In this document: in pieces, positions 37,344-45,995 of the stretch
Numbering within the stretch: position 1 is the first letter of the stretch
Layout: every line of letters begins with the position of its first letter
Position numbers and translations under genes: made by a program
Virus record (IMG/VR): IMGVR_UViG_3300006736_000004
Span: 15,108 to 79,107 of that record
Length of the DNA stretch: 64,000 nucleotides
Reading direction: 5' to 3' (one strand)
Origin: a virus
The notes under the pieces: generated by a model
The model's input: the letters and a program-made list of their open reading frames with translations, nothing else
What the model was told of the DNA's origin: nothing
The model's database searches: none

Positions 37344-37568
37344 ATGAATTACAAAAAATACAGAAACCTGACGATTTGGCTCAAAGAGGCTGTCACTGGT
37401 GATGTGGTTGTCTATCACGAAGGCTTACTTATGCTGGATAGGCAAATGTCCCCAGGAGCGCATAAGATAGCAGACAAGGTTATGTCTCTATATGCCGCTG
37501 GTGTGGTTGAGTTGATTCAAAATAAGAATAGCGATGGGGACTACACTTATATGGCAGTGATGAAATGA
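37344..37568 (+). CDS. Hypothetical protein
   Basis: First gene of the rightward operon. Confidence 0.55.
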   Translation: MNYKKYRNLTIWLKEAVTGDVVVYHEGLLMLDRQMSPGAHKIADKVMSLYAAGVVELIQNKNSDGDYTYMAVMK

Positions 37569-37774
37569 GTCGCTCGAATAATATCACTATCAAAATCAAG
37601 CGAGAGGACACGGGCCTGAGAGGTGCCATATTCTTACACGCAGACCATTCTCAAGGTAAAATTATCTCTGTGAGGATTTCTTCAAAGCATAAGGATGAGG
37701 CACTTGGTCAGGTGTTTAGGGCACTGGGGGATTCACTGACTGATATATGTGAACTTTTGAAGGGAGATAAGTGA
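37565..37774 (+). CDS. Hypothetical protein
   Basis: Overlaps both neighbours by 4 nt. Confidence 0.5.
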   Translation: MSRSNNITIKIKREDTGLRGAIFLHADHSQGKIISVRISSKHKDEALGQVFRALGDSLTDICELLKGDK

Positions 37775-38109
37775 TGGGTGGCAGAGCAAGCAAACAAAAG
37801 GGAGATAGATTTGAGCGTGATCTCGTTGCTGCCGCTAAAGTTCATGGACTAGACGCTAAACGTGTACCATTAAGTGGTGCATGTGAGGGCTATAAGCATG
37901 ATTTAGAGGTTTTCAACGGGGATGAAAAATGGACCGTGGAAGCTAAAAAGCGTGGTTCTGGATTTCGTTCCATTAGAAAGTGGCTTGGCACAGGCGGTGA
38001 GGATGACCCTGATGTTTTGATTATTGGCTCAGATCGTGAGAAACCGTTAGCCATATTACATGCAGACGATTTTTGGTGGCTCTTAAAGAGGGCCGGTAAA
38101 AATGGGTGA
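37771..38109 (+). CDS. Holliday junction resolvase (PD-(D/E)XK, Hjc-like)
   Basis: SKQKGDRFERDL, RVPLSGA, VEAKKR, DREKPL. Confidence 0.8.
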   Translation: MMGGRASKQKGDRFERDLVAAAKVHGLDAKRVPLSGACEGYKHDLEVFNGDEKWTVEAKKRGSGFRSIRKWLGTGGEDDPDVLIIGSDREKPLAILHADDFWWLLKRAGKNG

Positions 38110-38422
38110 CGTTGTAACACTCAGGCCTTGGAGCGAAAAAGAAATTGACTTTTTGCATGAGGCATATCAGGATAAAAATTGGAGCGTTAAGGAAATCTGT
38201 GAGAAGCTAGATAGGACAAAAAATATGGTAATCGGTTCCGCAAGACGGCGTGGATTAAAACGCCCAGAGCATTTCGTCGAAATAGGTGAGGGGGATAATA
38301 AGCTAATTCGTCTTGGCAAATGCTCCCGATGTGAAATGCCGATTTTCAGCAATAATAAGGAAGATTGGACTGACCCGCTTGTTTGCACTCATTGCACTGC
38401 CGGTCTACCAGAACAGGAGTAA
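38102..38422 (+). CDS. GcrA-like regulator (N-terminal HTH plus Cys cluster)
   Basis: WSEKEIDFL...SVKEICEKLDRTKNMVIGSARRRGL resembles the GcrA W...SA..IA..LG..RNAVIGK..RLGL pattern. Confidence 0.65.
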   Translation: MGDVVTLRPWSEKEIDFLHEAYQDKNWSVKEICEKLDRTKNMVIGSARRRGLKRPEHFVEIGEGDNKLIRLGKCSRCEMPIFSNNKEDWTDPLVCTHCTAGLPEQE

Positions 38423-38561
38423 TCTAAAATGAAACCCGCAACATACATATCAGCTAAGAACCGCTTGCTTAAAGAGATCAAGGATGAGGCCAATCCACAT
38501 AAACGTGGCTCGTTAAAACGTAAACTTGATTTGCTTATTGACCGCTATGGTCCAGCTAATA

Positions 38562-39914
38562 ATGACGGCTGAATACCATCCACCTGATCTAACCCGGCAA
38601 CTGCCTCATGCTGTAACGGCTGAAACAGCCCTGCTAGGCTCTATCCTTACGTTAGATTGCGTCGAGGCTGTCTCTGAGGTTCTTGAGAGTAAGCACTTTG
38701 CGTTAGAGGAACACAGCACTCTATTTAATAAAGCCGTGGCGAAGGCCAAGCAGGGGCAGCTTGTTGACCTCGCTACGATGAAAACCCATCTCACAGCAGA
38801 GCAGATAGGTGAATTTTCCAATGCCGCTGTGACGAAATCAACTGCGATTGAGTACGCACACCACATCAAGGACTGCTATCTCCACCGGCAACTCATTGGT
38901 ATAGGTGCAAGCATCACATCTGACGGCTACGCGGACGTAACCATAGACGATGCGATAGAAGGTGCGGGTGCGCTGCTAGAAGGGTTAAGTTTAGACTTAC
39001 CGGCGTCTGGTACACTATGTATTAGAGACAGTGTTGCAGAGTCTCTTTTGAGCGTAGAAGGTGCTTGCAGAGGTGAAAACCAAGGACTGCCTACGGGGCT
39101 TGTGGATTTCGATAAAATTATAGGTGGTCTACGAGGGCCGGATTTGATTGTTCTCGCAGGAAGGCCAGCAATGGGCAAGACCTCTCTCGCGCTTGGGATC
39201 GCTCACAGCGTTGCCAAAAAGGACAAGACCGTTGCTTTTTTTAGCCTAGAGATGTCTGCACACCAGTTAAACCAAAGGTTGTTTTCTATGACCTCTGGCG
39301 TGGACTTACAAAGAATCTGGCAAGGCGACATAGGAGAACCAGAATGGCCGGAACTAAGAAGGGCGGCAGAGGAGCTGCAAGGGCTGCCGATTCACGTAGA
39401 CGATCATGCGGGTCTAACTCCAAGCCAGATAAAGTCGAGAGCGAAAAAGATACAACGCAAACACGGGTTAGATTTAATCGTGGTAGATTACCTGCAACTT
39501 TCCACGGCTGGCGAGAGGTACTCTGGACAAAGGGTAAATGAAGTCTCACAACTTACAGCGGCCTTCAAGGGAATGGCTAAGGATTTGGGTGTACCTGTTA
39601 TCCTGTTATCCCAATTGAGTAGAGCCGTGGAACAGCGTGAGAACCACCGGCCAATCTTATCAGACCTACGAGATTCTGGGTCTATAGAACAGGACGCTGA
39701 TATTGTAGGATTTGTGTTTCGTGAGGAATACTATGTCAGCCGGTCTAAGCCATCTGATATGATGAGTGAGGCTTATATTAAATGGCAGGAGAAGATGGAA
39801 TTATGTCGAGGCAAGGGTGAATTGATTATCGACAAAAACCGTAACGGGCCGACAGGAATGGTTAATCTGACTTGGGTGGCGGCGAGGACTCTTTTTGGCA
39901 GCGCAGCAAGATAG
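38562..39914 (+). CDS. dnaB: Replicative DNA helicase
   Basis: LAGRPAMGKT, FFSLEMS, IVVDYLQL, LSQLSRAVEQR, SDLRDSGSIEQDAD, KNRNGPTG. Confidence 0.95.
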   Translation: MTAEYHPPDLTRQLPHAVTAETALLGSILTLDCVEAVSEVLESKHFALEEHSTLFNKAVAKAKQGQLVDLATMKTHLTAEQIGEFSNAAVTKSTAIEYAHHIKDCYLHRQLIGIGASITSDGYADVTIDDAIEGAGALLEGLSLDLPASGTLCIRDSVAESLLSVEGACRGENQGLPTGLVDFDKIIGGLRGPDLIVLAGRPAMGKTSLALGIAHSVAKKDKTVAFFSLEMSAHQLNQRLFSMTSGVDLQRIWQGDIGEPEWPELRRAAEELQGLPIHVDDHAGLTPSQIKSRAKKIQRKHGLDLIVVDYLQLSTAGERYSGQRVNEVSQLTAAFKGMAKDLGVPVILLSQLSRAVEQRENHRPILSDLRDSGSIEQDADIVGFVFREEYYVSRSKPSDMMSEAYIKWQEKMELCRGKGELIIDKNRNGPTGMVNLTWVAARTLFGSAAR

Positions 39915-39923
39915 GAGGAATAA

Positions 39924-40805
39924 GTGAATCCATACAAAATAGAAGGCCCAGCAATCATATCATTTAGTGGTGGTAGAACCAGCGGGTTTATGTTGCGGCA
40001 GATTCTTGACGCCCATGATGGCGTCTTGCCTGACGATGTTATTGTCAGCTTCCAAAATACTGGCAAAGAGATGCCGGAAACCCTCAACTTCATCCAAAAA
40101 TGTTCTGATCAATGGAACGTCCCTATTAACTGGCTGGAGTTTAGACGAACCGAAGAAGGTAAAATGTCCTACACCGTTGTTAACCACAATTCAGCAAGTC
40201 GCAATGGTGAGCCATTTGAAATACTGTTATCTGCCAAGCGGTATCTTCCCAACCCAGCAGTTAGGTTATGTACCTACGAAATGAAGATACGCACAGTTGA
40301 GAGGTACTGTAAAAAAGAGTTGGGGTGGAAAAATTGGGATATGGTGATTGGGTTGAGGGCTGATGAACAAAGGCGGGTCAGTAATATGCGACGGCAAAAC
40401 GATAAATCCAGCGTTTGCTGGGAAACAACTATGCCGCTTGCCGACGCCAATATATCAAAGTGGGATATTAAAAAGTTCTGGGATTCAGCAGATTTTGACC
40501 TTCAGTTACCCAACATTAACGGCTCAACCCCAATGGGGAACTGTGACCTTTGTTTTTTAAAGGGAACGGCTACACTACTAGGGATTATTAGAGAAAGACC
40601 GGAGCTTGCACAGTGGTGGATAGATCGTGAGACTGAGGCAGTGGAGCGTCATAAGCTCAGAGAGGGCTATAAGGACAATGCCGACATTCTCCAGTTTCGC
40701 AAAGATCGTCCAAGCTACAAAAGGATGCTGGAGTTAACACAAGAACAGGGTGACTTTTTTAATATAGCAGATGATGCAACAGTCCCCTGCATGTGTACCG
40801 ACTAG
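39924..40805 (+). CDS. PAPS reductase-family protein (adenine nucleotide alpha-hydrolase fold, Cys-rich)
   Basis: ISFSGGRTSGFM, FQNTGKE, IGLRADE, GNCDLCFLK, terminal CMC. Confidence 0.85.
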   Translation: MNPYKIEGPAIISFSGGRTSGFMLRQILDAHDGVLPDDVIVSFQNTGKEMPETLNFIQKCSDQWNVPINWLEFRRTEEGKMSYTVVNHNSASRNGEPFEILLSAKRYLPNPAVRLCTYEMKIRTVERYCKKELGWKNWDMVIGLRADEQRRVSNMRRQNDKSSVCWETTMPLADANISKWDIKKFWDSADFDLQLPNINGSTPMGNCDLCFLKGTATLLGIIRERPELAQWWIDRETEAVERHKLREGYKDNADILQFRKDRPSYKRMLELTQEQGDFFNIADDATVPCMCTD

Positions 40806-41161
40806 GAGGAAGCTATGGACTACAATGAAAAAGTATTAATTCACGCACTCAAGGCTTTCGCAATCGAAGTGACTCGCAGACCATCAGACATGGCAGCGGG
40901 TTATATGATAGAAGCCGCTACCACGATAGAGCGGTTGCTGGCAGAGCGTAAGTCAAAATGAACGTCCCAACCACCCTATGTTTAATAATCGTTATCATCA
41001 TGCTAACATGTGTGACAATTATACAACTGGACAGGGTGAGCTTGCAGATAGAAGATATTGTAACAGCTTGTGAAATGGATGAGGTGTAATGAGTACCATA
41101 CTACCCATTATAGCGGATAAACCGGCTTAATGGGTAGTTTAGGTTACACAGTAGATTGAAT

Positions 41162-41205
41162 GTTCTCATTATGTTCTTGACAAAGCGATATAGAAGGAGT
41201 ATATT
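41162..41205 (+). promoter_or_regulatory. LexA box abutting a sigma70 promoter upstream of the replication initiator
   Basis: GTTC-tcattat-GTTC (41162-41176) immediately followed by TTGACA-N17-TATATT (41177-41205). Confidence 0.75.
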
Positions 41206-41368
41206 ATGAAGTTGGAGCATAAGAAACTCCCCATGAGCGGTTGGCCGCTCCCGTCTAAGCGGCGTTTTCATGTCTTAAAGCGCGGGGAGCGGCAAGCAGT
41301 AATGCCCCGGCCCTTCCTCATGGTGGGTTCTTACTCCCCGCTGCTTTACTCCATTAAGGGGACATGAG

Positions 41369-42109
41369 ATGACCGAATATCTAGCCATAAAAAATTGGTC
41401 CGAATATCAGCACTACAAGGACAGGAATCCACCTTGGATTAAGCTCCATGTGAGTATCCTTGCTAGCGAAGATTGGACAATGCTAGCGGATGCTAGCAAG
41501 TTAACCATGATAGCTTGCATGGTAGTAGCAAGTAGAAAAAGTGGTGTGATTCCTAATAACCCAAGTTACATCAAAAGAGTGGCCTACTTAGACGAACTGC
41601 CAGACCTAGAACCCTTGATTTCCTGCGGTTTTCTCATAAAACTGCAAGCGGATGCTAGCACTTGCAAGCAAGAGCAAGCAACTGTCAGACCAGAGTCATA
41701 TAGAGATATAGATAAAGATAAGAAAGATATAGATCATTTTGAAGTTTTTTGGAAAGTCTACCCAAGGAAAATCTCTAAAGGTAAAGCGAGGGAATCTTAC
41801 CAATCTGCTATTGCCAAGACTTCTCCTGAGAGGTTGTTATCTGGTGCGCGGCGATATGCGTCGGAGCGGAGCGGGGAAGACCAAAAGTTTTCCAAGCACC
41901 CGACAACGTGGCTCAATCAGGAATGCTGGTTAGAAGAAGGCTCTGAACCGGAGGAACCTCCCTACCTCACAATTGAAGAGCGTGTGCGGCGACAAGATAT
42001 AGAATTTGCAGAGCGGAAAAAATTTGATGATGCACTATGGGAGCAGTTGCAAGCCAACAAGGCCAAGGAGGAAGCTGATGAGCAAGAAGCAGATGCGCCA
42101 GCCTTCTGA
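41369..42109 (+). CDS. Replication initiator protein
   Basis: IKNWSEYQHYKDRNPPWIKLH N-terminus; FEVFWKVYPRK and KHPTTWLNQECW C-terminal domain. Confidence 0.75.
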   Translation: MTEYLAIKNWSEYQHYKDRNPPWIKLHVSILASEDWTMLADASKLTMIACMVVASRKSGVIPNNPSYIKRVAYLDELPDLEPLISCGFLIKLQADASTCKQEQATVRPESYRDIDKDKKDIDHFEVFWKVYPRKISKGKARESYQSAIAKTSPERLLSGARRYASERSGEDQKFSKHPTTWLNQECWLEEGSEPEEPPYLTIEERVRRQDIEFAERKKFDDALWEQLQANKAKEEADEQEADAPAF

Positions 42110-42280
42110 GTTGGCCGTGATCTTGAATGTGGTGCAACGGTACTGGGAGAAGAACCCAGAGTTGCGGTTGGCTCAACTTATTTGTAACGCCAGAGTGCAT
42201 AACTCTGATGATCCTTATCCGTATTTGTATTTTATGGAAGATGCCGACCTTGTTGACGCCTTGAAAGAGATGGGGGATTT

Positions 42281-42769
42281 ATGAGCGAGAAAGCAGACAA
42301 GATTCGTGAGGAAGCTGAGAGCCGTGGGGCTACACAGGAAACCGCTTCTAAATTAAGGTACGATGTTCTGCTACGATTACATGAAAGAAAAAAGATAACG
42401 CCTGAACAATTTGGTGCCGGTCTTGAGATTCAAAACATTTGGGAGGCTATGTGTCGAGGATTGTTTCCCGGCGGCAGGGATTTCTGCCAAGTGAGGGTTG
42501 ATGAAAGTTTCGGTACGTTTTTAGATCCGCTTGACCGAATGACTATCGCAGAGGAGGATTGCTGGCGGTTTCATTATCGCCCTTGGAAGGATGCTGTGAG
42601 TAAAATTAGGGTTTCCGGTACGAGTTTGCTGGACATCGTGCTAATGATTGTGATAGATAACTACTCACCGCGAGAGGTTGAGACACAAATCAAGGCAAGG
42701 CATGGTTCAGCGTTGCATCATGTGCAAGCTGGTTTACAAAGTTACGTTGAATTTGCAATTGCCTGTTGA
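42281..42769 (+). CDS. Hypothetical protein, possible late transcription regulator
   Basis: RKKITPEQFGAG motif and a C-terminal HTH-like segment; position after the replication genes. Confidence 0.45.
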   Translation: MSEKADKIREEAESRGATQETASKLRYDVLLRLHERKKITPEQFGAGLEIQNIWEAMCRGLFPGGRDFCQVRVDESFGTFLDPLDRMTIAEEDCWRFHYRPWKDAVSKIRVSGTSLLDIVLMIVIDNYSPREVETQIKARHGSALHHVQAGLQSYVEFAIAC

Positions 42770-42794
42770 CAGGGGACAAAAAGAATGGCATATT
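42766..42794 (+). promoter_or_regulatory. Sigma70-like promoter
   Basis: TTGACA-N17-CATATT with an extended -10 TG. Confidence 0.6.
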
Positions 42795-42836
42795 CTCCAC
42801 ACTGCACGAATACCCCTAACTCTTGGGGGATTTTCC

Positions 42837-43166
42837 ATGTACGATAATTTTAAGGTCAGCCGGTCAGAGCTTTTTAACAATCTGGGCGACTCATCTTTAC
42901 GTGCTGCTAAAGAGGTGATCCTCTGGAGAGCGGTTATTTATAACGCTTTCGAGGAAGCCGCGCATAGGGGTTCGTCCAACAGCGAACACGGGGTGCGTTG
43001 GAAGGTGTACAGCCGACAAGCGAGGGTTTGGTTGACCGGGCTTAGTGAAGATTTTTGTGCTGTTTGCGAGTATGCTGATTACTCGCCAGATTATATCCGA
43101 CGTAAAGCGAGAGAGATGGAAGCGCGGGGTTGGCCTCGTCCTGATTACCATCCTCAATACACATGA
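42837..43166 (+). CDS. Hypothetical protein, tandem paralogue 1
   Basis: LWRAVIYNAFEEA...DFCAVCEYADYSP...GWPR. Confidence 0.65.
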   Translation: MYDNFKVSRSELFNNLGDSSLRAAKEVILWRAVIYNAFEEAAHRGSSNSEHGVRWKVYSRQARVWLTGLSEDFCAVCEYADYSPDYIRRKAREMEARGWPRPDYHPQYT

Positions 43167-43501
43167 TTCAGCTATCTAATCCATCTTTAAGGGCTAGCGA
43201 CGAGGATACGTTTACCGTTGGCACCGCTGAGAAGGCTCTTTTTCGGGCCGTGATTCTCCGCGCCTTTGCTGACGCTGTTGGGTATGTCACCGACGTTGAC
43301 TTGGATCGCGGGGGGCTGAAGCGCACTAGGACTCGCATGATGCTTGCTGGGCGGTCTTTCCTGCTAAACGGTTCGCATGATTTTAGCACGGTTTGTGAGT
43401 ACGCTGATTATGAGCCGGGGCTTGTGAGATCAAAGGCTGAAGAAATGCAAGCCGCTGGCTGGCCTAGAGAAATGGTGCCTACGAGGCGGTCAACAAAATA
43501 A
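43163..43501 (+). CDS. Hypothetical protein, tandem paralogue 2
   Basis: LFRAVILRAFADA...DFSTVCEYADYEP...GWPR. Confidence 0.65.
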   Translation: MIQLSNPSLRASDEDTFTVGTAEKALFRAVILRAFADAVGYVTDVDLDRGGLKRTRTRMMLAGRSFLLNGSHDFSTVCEYADYEPGLVRSKAEEMQAAGWPREMVPTRRSTK

Positions 43502-43504
43502 TTC

Positions 43505-43519
43505 GTTCACGTTCTGTTC
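43505..43519 (+). promoter_or_regulatory. LexA box
   Basis: GTTC-acgttct-GTTC. Confidence 0.55.
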
Positions 43520-43578
43520 CTTCAAGGACAGTAAGCCGGGGTGACAGCAGGGTTTAACCTACTGCCCCCGGTTTGGGT

Positions 43579-43785
43579 TTATGCATCCATTCGACTGTGA
43601 TGGGCAATCTCATCAAGGTAGACTTCAGCCCATCCCATGAACTGCCAGAAATCCAAGGTGCGGTTATAATCAGAGCTTGGATCACCATATCGCTCCACCG
43701 TACCATCCTTGCGGATTCGGATGGAGCAACTACCTTCGCCATGGCGCAGATAATTGCGGATCATCTTTTTATCTTTTGTAGTCAT
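43579..43785 (-). CDS. Early-region hypothetical protein (MTTKDKKM...)
   Basis: RBS AGGAGGA. Confidence 0.55.
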   Translation of the reverse strand: MTTKDKKMIRNYLRHGEGSCSIRIRKDGTVERYGDPSSDYNRTLDFWQFMGWAEVYLDEIAHHSRMDA

Positions 43786-43864
43786 AACAATTCCTCCTAT
43801 CAATGAAGGGTGCCTATCACCACTTCGACCTGCTGAATCGTGGGGACTCAGCAAGCCGAAAGGG

Positions 43865-43960
43865 TTAAGTTGTTGCGATAAAATACGCTAGGGGGATTCC
43901 CCAACAAACCGCCCAGAAATAAAAGGCCACTGCGATTGATTCTGCGATGAATCTAATCAT
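43865..43960 (-). CDS. 31-aa membrane peptide, copy 1
   Basis: MIRFIAESIAVAFYFWAVCWGIPLAYFIATT; RBS GGAGGA; conserved paralogue at 44947..45042. Confidence 0.8.
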   Translation of the reverse strand: MIRFIAESIAVAFYFWAVCWGIPLAYFIATT

Positions 43961-44246
43961 GTTTCCTCCAAATAGGCTGAACCGACACGCCATGCCGCAC
44001 AACCTTTTAGGCCGGTTACTGGATTATGTTGGTAATGAGCATTATCACGTTCCCTCGCGTCTGCATGGTTGCCATTCTTGCGAGTGTATGAATGCAAACG
44101 GGTTTGCTCACGTTTCTGGATGGCAGCTTCTGCGGTCTGGGCTAAGACCGTAACGAAATTGTGAGTTTTAAATTCATCATAGCTATGGTTGAGATCGTAG
44201 CATGCTGTTAAATATCTGTGCATAATTTTCTCCATGTGAAAGGGGT

Positions 44247-44645
44247 TTATTCGGTAGCTTTGGCGATGGCGGTTTGGGTTTGGGTGATGATGGTTTTCAT
44301 CCATTCGCCGTGGGTTTGCCGCAGGGTTTCCGTGTGCTTGGTATTTTCGCCGCGCATGAATTGCTCAACTGCACGGGATAGCGTTGGCAGGCCATCCAAG
44401 ACATGTTGTGCGACCAAAAGCATTTCCGGTGCCGCCGCAATCAGCTTTGCGTTGGCTTTGGCATTGGCGATCATTGCGGCGTGGCCGGTAATGCGACAAA
44501 CCGTATTGCCGTAGTTGGGGCCAATATTCCACGCATCCGTTTGATAATCGTCTTCGGCATGATGCCACGGTCCCGGCGTATGCTTGGCCGGTTCATGGTA
44601 TTTAATAAAGCCGTCTGTAAATCTGCCGATAAGTTTATCAGTCAT
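44247..44645 (-). CDS. Early-region protein with HTPGPW...ANAKLIAAAPEM motif
   Basis: Common phage hypothetical-protein motif; RBS AGGAG. Confidence 0.7.
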   Translation of the reverse strand: MTDKLIGRFTDGFIKYHEPAKHTPGPWHHAEDDYQTDAWNIGPNYGNTVCRITGHAAMIANAKANAKLIAAAPEMLLVAQHVLDGLPTLSRAVEQFMRGENTKHTETLRQTHGEWMKTIITQTQTAIAKATE

Positions 44646-44692
44646 AACTATTTTCTCCTATCAGGGTTTAACCCGCTGCCCCCGGTTTGGGT

Positions 44693-44869
44693 TTATGTAG
44701 TGGCTTTGATTGCTAAGTGAATATCTTCCATATCCACCCACATTGCGGCCATAATTGTACCACAAGCTTCTGTGATATTCTCACTGCAATGTTTTGCGGG
44801 CTGGCGAACAATAAGTCGGGCTACGTTGAGCGGCATAGTGCCAAACTCGTATAATTTTTCTGTAGTCAT
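44693..44869 (-). CDS. Early-region hypothetical protein (MTTEKLYEF...)
   Basis: RBS AAGGAG. Confidence 0.5.
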   Translation of the reverse strand: MTTEKLYEFGTMPLNVARLIVRQPAKHCSENITEACGTIMAAMWVDMEDIHLAIKATT

Positions 44870-44946
44870 GTCATTTCTCCTTTGTTTGAAGGGCATTATC
44901 ACCACTTCGCATTGCACCAGCGGCGAACTGGTGCAAGCCGAAAGGG

Positions 44947-45042
44947 TTACGTTGTGGCGATAAAATAAGCCAACGGTATCCCCCAGCACACCATCCAAAA
45001 ATAGATGGCAACTGCTAGGGATTCAGCGATAAAGCGTATCAT
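44947..45042 (-). CDS. 31-aa membrane peptide, copy 2
   Basis: MIRFIAESLAVAIYFWMVCWGIPLAYFIATT; RBS AGGAG. Confidence 0.8.
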   Translation of the reverse strand: MIRFIAESLAVAIYFWMVCWGIPLAYFIATT

Positions 45043-45057
45043 GTTTTCTCCTATGTG

Positions 45058-45249
45058 TTAAGTGGTTCTTTCGTGCTGTTCACGAAGGTGCTGTAGATAA
45101 TTAAAGGCCGTTTGGTAATCGCCTTCAGTGGCGTCCTTGCGTTGTACGGATTCAGCAAAGGTATTGTAGTTATCCCATTCGTCAAAGTCAGGGTCATTTG
45201 CTGAAATAGTGGCGGCGTATTGCACTAATTCCATTACGATTTGCTTCAT
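45058..45249 (-). CDS. Early-region hypothetical protein
   Basis: RBS AGGAG. Confidence 0.55.
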   Translation of the reverse strand: MKQIVMELVQYAATISANDPDFDEWDNYNTFAESVQRKDATEGDYQTAFNYLQHLREQHERTT

Positions 45250-45528
45250 GTTGATTTCTCCTATGCGTAAAGATCAACCTTTTTGACCGGCGCATATATT
45301 TCGGTAACGGTAAACTCCGCGCCGGTCTTTTCGATTGATAGGGTTGCAAGCCTTTTTTCTGGTAGACGATTCAACCAATCCCGCAAGGCTATAGCATCGG
45401 GAAAGACTCTCGTTGGTGTAATAAGCATATTCATTTCCTCCGCAGCCACATTAGGCATTGAAGGATTAACAACGGGTTAACCCGCTTCATGTTGCACCGG
45501 GTTCCAAGCGGTGCAAAGTGAAAGGGGT

Positions 45529-45750
45529 TTAGCGTAGAAGCCTTTGAGCGTGATGGGCTTTCACCAAGGCATGATCTAAGGCGGCTTTATCGGCGGCGTA
45601 AATAGCTTCGCCGCCCTCGCCATAGTGGTTGGCATCGTCCTTTGACCCATAGCGTTCAACGTAAGCAACAATGTTGCCGCCGTGACTGTCGAACCAATCA
45701 CGCTGGCTGTAGAAGTGGTTAAGCCAAAAGACGGCTTGTTTTTTAGTCAT
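45529..45750 (-). CDS. Early-region hypothetical protein
   Basis: ORF flanked by intergenic hairpins. Confidence 0.55.
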   Translation of the reverse strand: MTKKQAVFWLNHFYSQRDWFDSHGGNIVAYVERYGSKDDANHYGEGGEAIYAADKAALDHALVKAHHAQRLLR

Positions 45751-45995
45751 ATCAACTCGCTTTCAGAAGTGGGGAATCCACTTCAAAATGCACCGTTTAA
45801 ACGATGCATCCTGAAAGGGATTAGACGTTACGCATTCTCTCCAATGCCTTCGCAGCATCAGGGGTTGAGCGTAACGCAGCTAGCATTGCGTCAATGATTT
45901 CGGTAATCGTGCGTTTTTTCATAGTGTCTCGCTTTCAGAAACGGCTAATCCGTTTCCGCGATAGCCGCTCCTTAACGGCTATCTAGGAAAGGGGT

